From Coleofasciculus sp. B1-GNL1-01 (GTDB lineage Bacteria > Cyanobacteriota > Cyanobacteriia > Cyanobacteriales > Coleofasciculaceae), in NCBI GenBank assembly GCA_040220235.1, contig JAVJTO010000085.1: a stretch of 57,697 nt of DNA; one strand, given 5' to 3'. The position numbers and the translations under genes were made by a program. A model generated the notes under the pieces. It was not told the DNA's origin. It searched no databases and saw only the letters and a program-made list of their open reading frames with translations. Below are positions 40,854-50,832 of this stretch, piece by piece (the first letter of the stretch is position 1; each line of letters starts with the position of its first letter).

Positions 40854-41246
40854 ATGAAGCCAACCGTTTGTCCTAAATGTGGTGCAAGCTTGGAGTCTAT
40901 CACTCATGGTGGCATAGAAATTGATCGCTGCTGCAACTGCAAAGGAATTTGGTTTGATTCTCTGGAAGCTGAAAAACTCAAGCGGATTAAAGACTCCGAG
41001 AGTTTGGACATTGGAGATCCAGAAACGGGACATCAATTTGATCAAGTAGATGACGATGTATATTGTCCTCGCTGTGGCGCGACGATGTTTCGCATGATTG
41101 ATATTGATCGGTATAGTATCTGGTATGAAAAATGTCCCCAGTGTCACGGTGTCTGGTTAGATGCGGGTGAATTTAAGAAGTTTAAGCGGAATTTCTCAGG
41201 CAAAGGGATTCTAGGTCGAGTTCGCAAAACCTGGCGTCCTCATTAG
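40854..41246 (+). CDS. double zf-TFIIB zinc-ribbon protein
   Basis: CPKC..CCNCKGIWFD..E and CPRC..CPQCHGVWLDAGE. Confidence 0.85.
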   Translation: MKPTVCPKCGASLESITHGGIEIDRCCNCKGIWFDSLEAEKLKRIKDSESLDIGDPETGHQFDQVDDDVYCPRCGATMFRMIDIDRYSIWYEKCPQCHGVWLDAGEFKKFKRNFSGKGILGRVRKTWRPH

Positions 41247-41496
41247 CTTGTCTGTTGTGGGAGGGTAATGTAGAGACGCGCCATGGCGCGTCTGAAAGCT
41301 GGGGAAGTTAATTTAACACTCACTCAGGGCGGGTTTAGTCACATCGGGGTCAAAAAGAAACGATAGTAGTAAAACCCGCCCCTACAAACCATGTTCCCTC
41401 GAAGGTCGTGAAGGGTCAACACTCTCCCCTGCACCCAAAACCCCTAACCTCTTGGTAAACTGAATGCCATATCTGTGCAACTAGGGAGAGGATGCC

Positions 41497-41979
41497 TTGC
41501 TAGACGAACAAGCGAAAAAAAAGATGCTGCGTAAGATTCCGCATGGTCTATATATCTGCGGCGTCAAAGACGGTGATAACTTAAACGGTTTCACTGTAAG
41601 TTGGCTGATGCAGTCTTCCTTTGAACCGCCACTGGTGGTTAATTGTATTAAGAGAGAGACAGGTTCTCACGAAATGCTGAAAAAAAATGGTGTGTTCAGC
41701 ATCAGCTTCCTAGAGAGTGGACAAAAAGACATGGCAGCGAAATTCTTTAAACCCCAAAGCCGGGTTGGGAATAAGTTCGCGGATGTGGAATTTTATGAAG
41801 GAGAAGCGACAGGCTGTCCAATCATTTCTGACTCCCTCGGTTACATCGAATGTAAAGTCGTCGATTCGGTGGAAAAGGGAGATCACAGTGTTTATGTGGG
41901 TGAAGTGATTGCCGCAGGTGTCCACCGGGAAGGAGAACCGCTTTTACTCGAAAGCACCGGTTGGCAATATGGTGGCTAG
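41497..41979 (+). CDS. flavin reductase family protein
   Basis: IPHGLYI, SFEPPL, GDHSVYVGEV. Confidence 0.9.
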   Translation: MLDEQAKKKMLRKIPHGLYICGVKDGDNLNGFTVSWLMQSSFEPPLVVNCIKRETGSHEMLKKNGVFSISFLESGQKDMAAKFFKPQSRVGNKFADVEFYEGEATGCPIISDSLGYIECKVVDSVEKGDHSVYVGEVIAAGVHREGEPLLLESTGWQYGG

Positions 41980-42138
41980 AGACTGAACGCCAATTTCCCA
42001 TATCCCAAATGGTTCTAACTCAGCTCTGGCAGCAGTTAAGGGTAAGCTGATTTGACGTAGAGTGGGCAAGAGTTATAAACCTAAACACCCTTCTATGATC
42101 ATTTGTTGCTCTTGCCAACCACCGGGTAACTGGGGATT

Positions 42139-42246
42139 TATAGCAGTACTAAGACAGGGCGTAAACATGCTTTACTGTTCCCTGTTCCCTGTTCCCTATT
42201 CCCTCTTGGACTAACTGATGTCCTTTCCGTACCCCGTAGTGCTATA
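42139..42246. mobile_element. TATAGC...GCTATA MITE, inverted copy of the 3207-3337 family
   Basis: end sequences are shared with 3207-3337; internal CTGTTCC heptamers. Confidence 0.65.
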
Positions 42247-42296
42247 TGACCAGTGCTGCAAGATCTCAGTTCTAGTGAAGTTGAAAAAATAAGCCT

Positions 42297-42650
42297 ATGC
42301 CTCTGATTAAAGTTCAATCATCTGTCAGTAATCCAGAACCTACCATAGTGGAAGGGTTGCTCAAAACCCTTTCCGGTAAGCTAGCCCAGCATGTAGGCAA
42401 GCCTGAATCCTATGTGATGACGGCATTTGAAGATGGTGTATCCATGACATTTGGCGGTACTGTTGAGCCAACCTGCTACATGGAAGTCAAAAATATTGGC
42501 ACGATGAATCCAGCCCAAACCCAGGCAATGAGTCAAGACTTTTGCCAGGTGATTAGTGAAAAGCTGGGTGTCCCGATTAAGCGAATTTATATTGAGTTCG
42601 CTGATGCCAAGGGTAGTATGTGGGGGTGGAATGGTACAACCTTTGGTTGA
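42297..42650 (+). CDS. MIF-family (phenylpyruvate) tautomerase
   Basis: N-terminal catalytic Pro (MPLIKV), GKPESYVM, WGWNGTTF. Confidence 0.9.
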   Translation: MPLIKVQSSVSNPEPTIVEGLLKTLSGKLAQHVGKPESYVMTAFEDGVSMTFGGTVEPTCYMEVKNIGTMNPAQTQAMSQDFCQVISEKLGVPIKRIYIEFADAKGSMWGWNGTTFG

Positions 42651-42836
42651 GGGGTTGGTTTTATCCTGATTCAGCCTTTGCTGTTTTCAGATGAACCCAA
42701 AGTAAGCCCCCCTTTTTAAGGGGGGTTTGGGGGGATCTCTACCGTGCTGTATTGGCACGCAAAACTAACCTAATCAAGGTCAGCATCCAATCCTATTGGC
42801 TATCGAGCGTCATCTTTGCAGGATTTCTGGTAATTG

Positions 42837-43181
42837 TTACACATACAAAAGCTGGTTAAAAACTTCATCGGCACTCAGACTATTCAGAATGATACCGACT
42901 CGTTTAGCAATCTCATAAGCATTATTTTGAGGTGTGACAATGATGCCTGAATGCTGTTGTCCTATTTCGATGTAGCTCAGGTGCAATCTTTCATAATCCA
43001 CTCGATTGTGAGTCAATAGACATCGCTCTTGTGCAGCAGCATAAGCCAATTGTTGCTGATCAGAGCAACCCGCCATCCCAGCATCAAGAGTTGTTAGGAC
43101 ATCCAAACCTCTAGCTCTTAGGAGAGTGGCAACCAAATTAGCAATATCCTCATCTGTGTAGAGTGACGCAAAGATTTTCAT
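42837..43181 (-). CDS. DUF5615 PIN-like toxin
   Basis: LYTDED, GLDVLT, SDQQQL, LLTHNRVDY, HSGII; 4-bp overlap with the DUF433 gene. Confidence 0.85.
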   Translation of the reverse strand: MKIFASLYTDEDIANLVATLLRARGLDVLTTLDAGMAGCSDQQQLAYAAAQERCLLTHNRVDYERLHLSYIEIGQQHSGIIVTPQNNAYEIAKRVGIILNSLSADEVFNQLLYV

Positions 43182-43471
43182 TCCGCTTCTAAGGCTTTGC
43201 GAACTGCGGGATGAATCAGATCGTTTTGGATTCGATTTCGCTCAATATACTCATTGATTTCAGCCTGGTTATCTAAATAGAAACTCAGGGCATCAAAGAC
43301 TTGAGCCAGAGTAAGCTGGGGATACTGAACCGGAATTTCTTCAGGAGGAGTACCCAATCGCCATAAGCCGACAATGACTCGCACCGATATGCGCGTCCCG
43401 ATTATAATCGGTTCACCGCTTAAAATGTCTGGATTACGAGTGACATATCTGGAAACTGATGTAGTCGTCAT
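43178..43471 (-). CDS. DUF433 antitoxin (type II TA partner of DUF5615)
   Basis: PDILSGEPIIIGTRISV, EEI..YPQLTLAQVFDALSFY. Confidence 0.9.
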   Translation of the reverse strand: MTTTSVSRYVTRNPDILSGEPIIIGTRISVRVIVGLWRLGTPPEEIPVQYPQLTLAQVFDALSFYLDNQAEINEYIERNRIQNDLIHPAVRKALEAE

Positions 43472-43557
43472 TAATCAAACCCTAGGAGATAGCTCATTTT
43501 TATTATCATCCTAACTACGGGAAAGCTGCATCTGTGTGCAATCAAGCGGATTCGATA

Positions 43558-45159
43558 TCACTTAGAGAACCAGGAAATGGGTTCACAGGGATAAGAAAAC
43601 TGGTCATTATCAATCCCTGTGGTTTCGTGATCCAATACTTGCATCACCTGGTTATAAAATGCCTCCGCTTCGGGAGGGGAATCACCAATACAGGTTAATC
43701 CCAGTTTGCCAAACTCCGAGAGGGCGCCCATCAGATGAAACACGTTGCCCGTCCGGGTACTGCTATCAAAATGCAGGCGATAATGGGTAATAATATCCAT
43801 CAGATCATTAGGCATTAACCCTCGGTAATGATCCCGTTGTAAATTATCCGTAGCAATGTAATATTTCTGGCGACCTTGCTGGCTGTGAAATAAACCCGTT
43901 GAGGCGTCGTAATGACCATTGGTTAAATACCGCAGCGACATAAACGGATGGGTGGTTCCCCCTTTGCGTAAGTTAATTTCGATCGCCTGTAAATCCCAAA
44001 CATTCTCCCCCTTCTCCGGCTGGTGAACGGCGACAAAATCCACACCATACCGTTCAATCGCACCTTTTTCTGCCAAGGCTTGTCCCACTTTAATTCCCAT
44101 CTGTTGTAAGGGTAAGCGATAGGCAGCATCGGCGGGAAATCGACAGCCCAGATAAATCTGACTATCGGGACCCCCTAAAATTTGATCATGGGTGGAGAGT
44201 ATCTTCACGTCACCATTCGGGGTAATATACCCTTGCACACTGGGCGATCGCTTGTTCTCTCCTTCGATAAATACCTCGACAATTGCGCCTAATTCGGGAA
44301 TGCGACTGGAAAATTGAGTCCAGGTTTCATTATTTGCCTGAAAGCCTAAATGGTCTAAGTCTTCGTGGATAGCGGCAACCCGTTGATCATGGGACGCTTT
44401 TCCCGGTGCTGCGTCGGGGATTTTTCTCAAATCCAGAATCGCATTCCCTTCCCCAGAAAAGCCTTCATTGAGTTTAATCACCATCCGCTTTAAATCAGGA
44501 TGACGTTCCCACAACACAGCCGCCGCTTCTACCAACTCCTCCACCGTCCACAGCGTTTCGCAGCCATCGGGATGGGGGATACCACTGAGTTTAAAAATTT
44601 CCCGACTCCCACTCTTGGTTCCCCAGTGGAGTAAATCAGGGTCAGGTGCCAGAAGGGGTAGACTGAGTTTTACGGATAACTCTCGCTCAAACTGAGTGGA
44701 ATTATAACAGACCATGTACGACTTGTGGGGACGCAACGCCTGACGAATTCGCGCCATTAACCGGGGACGTTCTAATATTTTTTGGCTCAGGGGTTTGAGT
44801 GAGGCATCATAGGTGGAGAGGAGCATCAAACGCTCACGAGCGTGAGAAAAGGGAATGCCGGGTAACAGTTGTAAGTAATAATCAATGACTATCGGTGATA
44901 GGGGGACTGCTGTCACATAAATGAGGCGAGTGCGGGGATTGCGTAAGCGAATCAGGGAAAATAACAGGCGTTCCTCATAGTGCAGAAAACCGGGAATCTT
45001 CGCCAGTTCCCGCTGATCAACGGTAACAGACGGCACCACCAAGATGTCGCGATCGTCCTGGTCAAATAGATCAATACTAGACCAGCGATCGCGCAACTGA
45101 CTCTGAAGCCGCCGAAACCGTTCTGCTTGTGTGGAGGAGGAAGAATTCAATCCATGCAT
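43558..45159 (-). CDS. PGM1-related ATP-grasp peptide ligase-like protein
   Basis: HYEERLLF, KLNEGFSGEGNA, SPSVQ, STHDQILGG, IEINLRKGGTTHP. Confidence 0.85.
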   Translation of the reverse strand: MHGLNSSSSTQAERFRRLQSQLRDRWSSIDLFDQDDRDILVVPSVTVDQRELAKIPGFLHYEERLLFSLIRLRNPRTRLIYVTAVPLSPIVIDYYLQLLPGIPFSHARERLMLLSTYDASLKPLSQKILERPRLMARIRQALRPHKSYMVCYNSTQFERELSVKLSLPLLAPDPDLLHWGTKSGSREIFKLSGIPHPDGCETLWTVEELVEAAAVLWERHPDLKRMVIKLNEGFSGEGNAILDLRKIPDAAPGKASHDQRVAAIHEDLDHLGFQANNETWTQFSSRIPELGAIVEVFIEGENKRSPSVQGYITPNGDVKILSTHDQILGGPDSQIYLGCRFPADAAYRLPLQQMGIKVGQALAEKGAIERYGVDFVAVHQPEKGENVWDLQAIEINLRKGGTTHPFMSLRYLTNGHYDASTGLFHSQQGRQKYYIATDNLQRDHYRGLMPNDLMDIITHYRLHFDSSTRTGNVFHLMGALSEFGKLGLTCIGDSPPEAEAFYNQVMQVLDHETTGIDNDQFSYPCEPISWFSK

Positions 45160-45277
45160 TGCCCCTGAACTGCCTCAATATTATACATAGCAATAGTAAC
45201 GGTTACTTGGCACAACTGTGATAGTGTAAACGTTAATCTTTGAAAAGCAATCAACGTTTACTGGCGAAACATCAAGG

Positions 45278-46249
45278 ATGAGCCTCTATCCCAAAACCAA
45301 AGCGCTGGAAGGGCGGATCACTATTTTTACGCGAGTCATCAGCATCATGTTTATGCTGTTTGGTATCGGTGCCGCTATTGCCCAACTGGCTAAAATCTCT
45401 CCGTTTTTAGAGTCCTATCCGGGCTGGACGTGGAATTTGAGTAATATCAGTGCCTTAATTTTAGGTATCCTGTTGTTCCTGTTGGGAAAAAGCCCAGCGA
45501 TTAAAAGGTTGGTTCATTTTTCCCTGTTTTCCGGGCGAGAAACAATGAAGCGGTTTCTCTTAGTTTTCCCGATCTTTGCCACGATTATTCTGCTGCTGAT
45601 CAAATTTCGCCTCGGTGACAGCCGTTCCTATCGGATGATTCTGGATGAGGGGGGATTTATTGAATATGGCACGGTTATTGCTTATTTCCTGGCGGGTGGA
45701 TTTTCCATACCGATTGGTCGTTATTTTTTCCGGCTGCGTCAAAATGTTTTTGGCTGGGGGTACTATCTCTACAGTGCCTTTTTTCTTTTTGTCGGCTTAG
45801 AAGAGGTCAGTTGGGGTCAACGCTTGTTTGGCTGGGAACTCCCCCCTTTCTTTGAAACCTACAATGTTCAAGAAGAATTCACGATTCATAATTTGGTCTG
45901 GTTTCAGGATTATTGGGGGGAAGGAATTATCGGGATTAGCTTTTTATGTTTGTTAGGGATTGTTTTCTGGTATCGTTCGCATCGACAACAGCAGCAAGGG
46001 GGTTATCACTATCTCACTTATTTAATCCCTAGTTGGTTTTTGGCGATATTTTTTAGTTTAGCGTTGGTTATCTATGTCATTCTTGAATATACCGATGGGT
46101 TGGGATTCGTTATTTCCAGAGATCAAGAGTTTGCCGAACTCCTTCTATCGTTAGGGTTTTTGTTTTTTGTGATCGTGAATTATTTCCGGCAGGTATTTGA
46201 CTTTGGAGTCTTAAAGCCAAGAGCAGAAGATAGGGAGTTACGTCTTTAA
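45278..46249 (+). CDS. hypothetical polytopic membrane protein
   Basis: multiple TM helices; EGGFIE, LEEVSWGQR, NVQEEFTIHN. Confidence 0.75.
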   Translation: MSLYPKTKALEGRITIFTRVISIMFMLFGIGAAIAQLAKISPFLESYPGWTWNLSNISALILGILLFLLGKSPAIKRLVHFSLFSGRETMKRFLLVFPIFATIILLLIKFRLGDSRSYRMILDEGGFIEYGTVIAYFLAGGFSIPIGRYFFRLRQNVFGWGYYLYSAFFLFVGLEEVSWGQRLFGWELPPFFETYNVQEEFTIHNLVWFQDYWGEGIIGISFLCLLGIVFWYRSHRQQQQGGYHYLTYLIPSWFLAIFFSLALVIYVILEYTDGLGFVISRDQEFAELLLSLGFLFFVIVNYFRQVFDFGVLKPRAEDRELRL

Positions 46250-46490
46250 ATCTTACTCAATAGCGAGCGAGACGCTCGCACTCCTGGCGCTAAAATTGTG
46301 GAATAGGTTGGGTTCGTCGTAGGGGCTTTAGCCCCTGATTGATTAAGTTTTCTGGGTGTAATGCTAATCCACCCAATTAGGTGTGTCACGCCACGACTGG
46401 ACTGACGCAGCTAAAATTGTGGAATAGATTTGACGGTGAAATCGGGCGCACATTGCTGCGGGAAAAGGGCACACGTCAGTGCGCCCCTAC

Positions 46491-46946
46491 TTACTGGAAA
46501 ATGCTTTTAATTATATCGGGAAGATGACGATCGCCGGAAAAGAAATCGATACCAACTAAGGATTTGAGTAAGTACGCAAATAGGAATAAACTGGCACTCA
46601 GTAGCAGGTTTGCGCCTAACAGTAGGATAATCGCCGCGATGACATTACCTACTTTAGCCACGCCTTTGGGGATATAACGCCGGGGTTTTCGTCGCCTATC
46701 TTTACCGACTAATAACACGACATAGAAGCGGGTGACGATTAAATCGACTAGAAATCTTAAATCGACAATCTTGGGCGATGGCTTGGGAATTGCCTCATCT
46801 AACAGATTAAATATTGCCTGAAGCTGTTGGGTGTTGAAACTTGCCCGGAGTTCTGGCTCCATTTTGTCGATATAATACTGGGGCGTGCGATCGGCATAGT
46901 TGGGGATTTTTTGCTGAGATTGTCCCGGCAAGGTTGAAGTTTTCAC
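46491..46946 (-). CDS. hypothetical membrane protein
   Basis: 151-aa ORF with GGAG RBS and one C-terminal hydrophobic segment. Confidence 0.7.
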   Translation of the reverse strand: MKTSTLPGQSQQKIPNYADRTPQYYIDKMEPELRASFNTQQLQAIFNLLDEAIPKPSPKIVDLRFLVDLIVTRFYVVLLVGKDRRRKPRRYIPKGVAKVGNVIAAIILLLGANLLLSASLFLFAYLLKSLVGIDFFSGDRHLPDIIKSIFQ

Positions 46947-47287
46947 TTTATTGTCTCCTTGATTAATTTGATACTTAAGCCGAGAACTAAAGTTCTGGCT
47001 TAAAGCTTAAACCCGTTAAAACGGGTTCAAAGGATTACTCGGTTTTTTAGCTTTAGGTTTCGGAATGTTATGTCCTGACGTTTGAGGTTGTAGGTTGGGT
47101 TTCGACTTCGCTAAACCCAACAGAATAGAGGAACTAAGGTTCCTTACTACAAGCCGGATATACTGTAGGATGGGTACTGCCCACTAGCCTTAAGTCAATG
47201 TTATTCAGGTTAGGATACATTGAATCGCTGATACGAAAAGGTAGCCGTAATAATCCTTCGGCTTTCTGCTTGTTGCTCGATCAACGA

Positions 47288-47749
47288 TTAACGTATAACT
47301 ATCATGTCCAAAATTCGACCGACGGCTAACCCACTAAAAGCTAGGGTGACTAAAAACCAAAAGGCTTGAGTGTTTTTCAATCCGGTGGCTTGTATCGGTT
47401 GTTTGGCAAAGGCTACGCCAAAGGCTAGAATTATGCCTAAAAGCCAGATCACAAATAAGGCAATGACTAACAGTTGAAAATTGAATCGTAGACTGGGGGG
47501 GTACGCCCTGGCTAGGGTGCCGATCCAGACAACACCAACTACCCAAGTGATGGCTAATGCGATCGCGCTTTTGCCTCGCCAAGCTAGGTGTACGGTGACG
47601 GCTTGGGTTCCTAGCCAAATTAGCGCCGGGGCTTGATAAAGGGATAATAACCAGCCGGCTACTGTGTATCCGATGAGGAGACTGATTAGATGTAGCCCCA
47701 GTAGGGATTGTCCGGATTCGATTCTTGGTGTAGACAGTTTTTGTATCAT
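47288..47749 (-). CDS. hypothetical membrane protein
   Basis: 153-aa hydrophobic ORF. Confidence 0.6.
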   Translation of the reverse strand: MIQKLSTPRIESGQSLLGLHLISLLIGYTVAGWLLSLYQAPALIWLGTQAVTVHLAWRGKSAIALAITWVVGVVWIGTLARAYPPSLRFNFQLLVIALFVIWLLGIILAFGVAFAKQPIQATGLKNTQAFWFLVTLAFSGLAVGRILDMIVIR

Positions 47750-48028
47750 TCGGGGAATCTCATGCTTTGTCTTTTGTCCTTCTTAGATTCAGGATTCCCG
47801 TTTTTTTGGCGAAACTCACAACATCGGAAATGTTTGGGCTGAAGGGGTGACAAGCTAAGTCAACGGTAGGCAGGGTTTGGGGTTTGGGGTATGGGGGTGC
47901 GGAAGTGCAAAGTTCATTTATCGGTGGGGAGGGCGGGTTTTGTTGTTCCGTTATTGGTGGATATTTGAATTGAGTCCCTAAACCCGCCCCTACAATTGTC
48001 CCTAAACCCGCCCCTACAAAAATACTTG

Positions 48029-49153
48029 TTATCTGTCATTGTTCAAGATGGCACGGCGGGCTAATTTGGTGTAAGTTTTGACGGTTTGGTAACGCATATC
48101 CAGATCATCTGCGATCGCGTTTAAGGATTCACCCATTTCTCGTCGGGCTAATATAGTCGCCCAGGTTTCGGCGATGTCTTGCGCCCGATTTCCTCCCTGG
48201 CGCTGGCGTTGGGCGAGAAACTGTTGGGTTAATTCGCTGATGCGTTCGGCTAATAGGGTTTCTATTGAGGGGAGGGCGGGGGTTTCGGGGGATAACCAGC
48301 CTAAGCGAGTTTGTCCTAAACCAAAGGGGGTTTTGTGTCCGGTGCCGCAGTAGGGGGCAAATTGGGCTAAGGTATGGAATAGTTGGCTAAATTCTGGGTG
48401 TTGGCTGGCACCTGAATCCAGTCCGAGGGCGATCGCACCTGTGAATCCGGTGACGACTCCTTTCTTTCCGGCTGCGACTTTCATCGATTCTAAACGGTGA
48501 CGCTGAATCACCACGTTTTCCTCTACCCAGTCTAAAAAGGCGGTTTGGTTAAAGGGGTGATCAGAAAAATCATTCCAGCGCCGCAAATAGCTGTGGAAGA
48601 GATTCGTGGGAACCGGTAAAGGAAAATGGTGTCCCTTGCGGCGAAAGCTGGTGGGGGTGAGGAAGCTGAGGCTTAGGGATTGGGGTAGGGTGGGGATTGG
48701 GGTGGATAAGTTCGGATACGTGGTTGGTGCTAAAGCGATGTGCCAACGGCTAATTTTGAGGACAGCACGACGTAATTTAATCATATCTGGCAGGTGATCA
48801 ACCCATTCGGCTAGCCATTGGCTTAGGGGTTGGTAAAGGGCGGTGATGTACCAACGGTAGGTTGTATTGGGTTTGAGTTTGAGGTTTTTTCCAGAGGTGA
48901 GGAAGTCTCCGTCTAAGCGGGAGAGGGTGAAGGGTTTCTCAGATTGACCATCATGGAGATAGGCGGAGAGTTCGGGGTTAGTTTGGCGAACTTGATCTAA
49001 GAACCAGGCGTGAAGTCCGACGGTGTATTGAGTATAGAGGGAGTCTGGGGCGTTGGCGGTTAATTCTAAGACAAGTCCGACTAATTCTGTATCCGCCGCC
49101 CAGGGATGGCGGGATGGAGGGGGTTGGGTTTGGCGGCGTTTGCGGGGTGCCAT
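48029..49153 (-). CDS. cas6: CRISPR-associated endoribonuclease Cas6 with C-terminal HTH extension
   Basis: GLHAWFL, LHD..EKPFTLS, FLTPTSFR, GFTG, Gly-rich loop GTGHKTPFGLG. Confidence 0.92.
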   Translation of the reverse strand: MAPRKRRQTQPPPSRHPWAADTELVGLVLELTANAPDSLYTQYTVGLHAWFLDQVRQTNPELSAYLHDGQSEKPFTLSRLDGDFLTSGKNLKLKPNTTYRWYITALYQPLSQWLAEWVDHLPDMIKLRRAVLKISRWHIALAPTTYPNLSTPIPTLPQSLSLSFLTPTSFRRKGHHFPLPVPTNLFHSYLRRWNDFSDHPFNQTAFLDWVEENVVIQRHRLESMKVAAGKKGVVTGFTGAIALGLDSGASQHPEFSQLFHTLAQFAPYCGTGHKTPFGLGQTRLGWLSPETPALPSIETLLAERISELTQQFLAQRQRQGGNRAQDIAETWATILARREMGESLNAIADDLDMRYQTVKTYTKLARRAILNNDR

Positions 49154-49382
49154 GATGGGGTGAATGCCGGATTTTTAAGGGGTTGCTCCTATATATATAG
49201 GGTAAACTGAGTTGTCTCAAACCTGTTTCATTAACTTCCCTGGCGAATTCAGCTCGGTTAAATGACGAGTAGCACTGTCTTCGAGCAATTGACGGATGAA
49301 GTTTGGATGTTGTGAGTTAATTAAATGTAACAACTCTCGATACAACCGACAAGCCGATGAGCCAATGAGGTTAGATCTAAAA

Positions 49383-49418
49383 GTTTCCATCCCCTTTCGG
49401 GGAAGTGAGTTTGTCAAG
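49383..49418 (-). CRISPR. single CRISPR repeat (probably the last repeat of an interrupted array): CTTGACAAACTCACTTCCCCGAAAGGGGATGGAAAC
   Basis: 36 nt, CCCC-GAAA-GGGG hairpin, 3' GAAAC end typical of cyanobacterial repeats; 229 bp upstream of co-oriented cas6; only one copy, so the 5' boundary is approximate. Confidence 0.75.
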
Positions 49419-49432
49419 GCTGCAACCTTAGT

Positions 49433-49506
49433 TGTCACTTGAACCATATCCTGTCCAAAGTGGAAGCATAAGCTGTCCCCAAACCTGTGGTCAATTTATG
49501 CTTCCA
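49433..49506. repeat. tniQ-proximal transposon end: 46-bp TIR (49433-49478) with two putative TnsB sites, plus an oppositely oriented site at 49489-49506
   Basis: TGTCACTTGAACCATATCCTGTCCAAAGTGGAAGCATAAGCTGTCC; GGTCAATTTATGCTTCCA. Confidence 0.85.
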
Positions 49507-49587
49507 GTGAGTAGGAGAGGTTAACTTGACTTGAACTGGAAACAAGTAGCTACCTGGAGAGAGACTTGGCAAATAACCTGATTAGAC

Positions 49588-50832
49588 CTAGGACTTTTTG
49601 ATTGTTTGTCGGTATAACCTGTAACGAGCCGAAATTTGGTGACACAAGTCAGGGAAAAATCGGGAAATATCTCCAGGATCATATCCAATAGTAGCAGCCA
49701 CTTGTTTGAGAGACTGCGGTGGTTCCAAGGACAAAGCTGCCTCTAAGAACATTTGTACTTTCACCCCATCAAAGCGCCGATTAGTTTTTCTGCGTTGTTG
49801 AGTGACAGGCAAAACCTTCAACGATAGGGGTTGATGTTTCATCACCTGTCCAGTGAGAACATCTTCTAAAGGAATAGAAAGACACCAACAGACTCTAAGG
49901 AGCAAACCTAATTGTGCCAGTGCCTGACCACATCGCCATTCTCCTGGTACGGAAGCACTCAGGTAGATTAACTCAGCAAAAGCTTTGGCATTACCGTTGG
50001 TAGCTTCTTGGATACATAAGTCAATGGCTAATGCGAGATTTCTGAAGGGTGGAGGAGACTGGAGAGCAGGTGCAAGCTCGATAATTTTTCCCACGGAGTA
50101 CACAACAAAAATCTGCCAGTCCCAATCGGGTTGCTCTACTGGGGAAGCGTCCACAGAGGTATCGCCATTCGTCAAAATTGAATTCACACCCAACCACTGT
50201 TGGCATCTAGAGCAGAAACCCGGTCGGGAATTCCACTCTAGAGGGTAGAGCAATCGCTGACAATGAGGACATTGATGCCATAAAACTTGTTGATGAAAAG
50301 GACAAGTTGTCACTACCTGGAGCGACCATAATAGAGGCTCGTAGATGGGTTTCCCACAACGCTCCCAATCGTCATAGCAGACGGGACACCAAGCCTTATT
50401 GGTACGCAGTAAACCTCGCGACGGTAAAACGTTAGCCCAACTTAACAAAGTCAGAAACCGTAACTGATGTTGCTTTGTTCGTGCTTCTAACACATGAACT
50501 GGCTCAGATGCCATAATTCCCATGCCATTCCAGGCTCCCGTATCGTTGAAGAAGACACGGAAAAACCATCGGGATAAACCTTGATGCTGATTGCCTTGAT
50601 ATCGACTGACTTGTGGAGCTACTTCTTGAGCTAACAAAATGCCCGTAGGCACCCGATGAGCTGCTGCTAACCGAGCCACATAACTGGTCAGACTTTCTAC
50701 CATAGGTGTTCCTACACCAATGGGTTCAAGAGGATGCAAGCGGCTGCGCTCTGGGATTGTTGTGGTTTTTGAATACCATAGTTGATGATTACTCCAGCTT
50801 TCAACTGACACTTGGAGCACCTCCGATGACAT
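49588..50832 (-). CDS. tniQ: TniQ/TnsD target-selector protein (414 aa)
   Basis: ESLTSYVARLA, WCPVC, CPFH, CPHC, CSRC zinc motifs, C-terminal HTH; start could be GTG near 50811. Confidence 0.9.
   Translation of the reverse strand: MSSEVLQVSVESWSNHQLWYSKTTTIPERSRLHPLEPIGVGTPMVESLTSYVARLAAAHRVPTGILLAQEVAPQVSRYQGNQHQGLSRWFFRVFFNDTGAWNGMGIMASEPVHVLEARTKQHQLRFLTLLSWANVLPSRGLLRTNKAWCPVCYDDWERCGKPIYEPLLWSLQVVTTCPFHQQVLWHQCPHCQRLLYPLEWNSRPGFCSRCQQWLGVNSILTNGDTSVDASPVEQPDWDWQIFVVYSVGKIIELAPALQSPPPFRNLALAIDLCIQEATNGNAKAFAELIYLSASVPGEWRCGQALAQLGLLLRVCWCLSIPLEDVLTGQVMKHQPLSLKVLPVTQQRRKTNRRFDGVKVQMFLEAALSLEPPQSLKQVAATIGYDPGDISRFFPDLCHQISARYRLYRQTIKKS

Noticed and set aside
49225..49325. Additional degenerate CRISPR repeats (GTTTCATT.. 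at 49225; GTGAGTT at 49312)
   Set aside because: Only 5-7 nt match and the spacing does not fit a repeat-spacer period.
49154..49432. tRNA attachment site for the Tn7-like element
   Set aside because: No cloverleaf or T-loop/CCA signature at either flank, and I recognised no tRNA or rRNA gene anywhere in the window.
49217..49447. 76-aa ORF spanning the transposon end and the repeat
   Set aside because: It starts inside the TIR and reads through the CRISPR repeat, so it is probably spurious.
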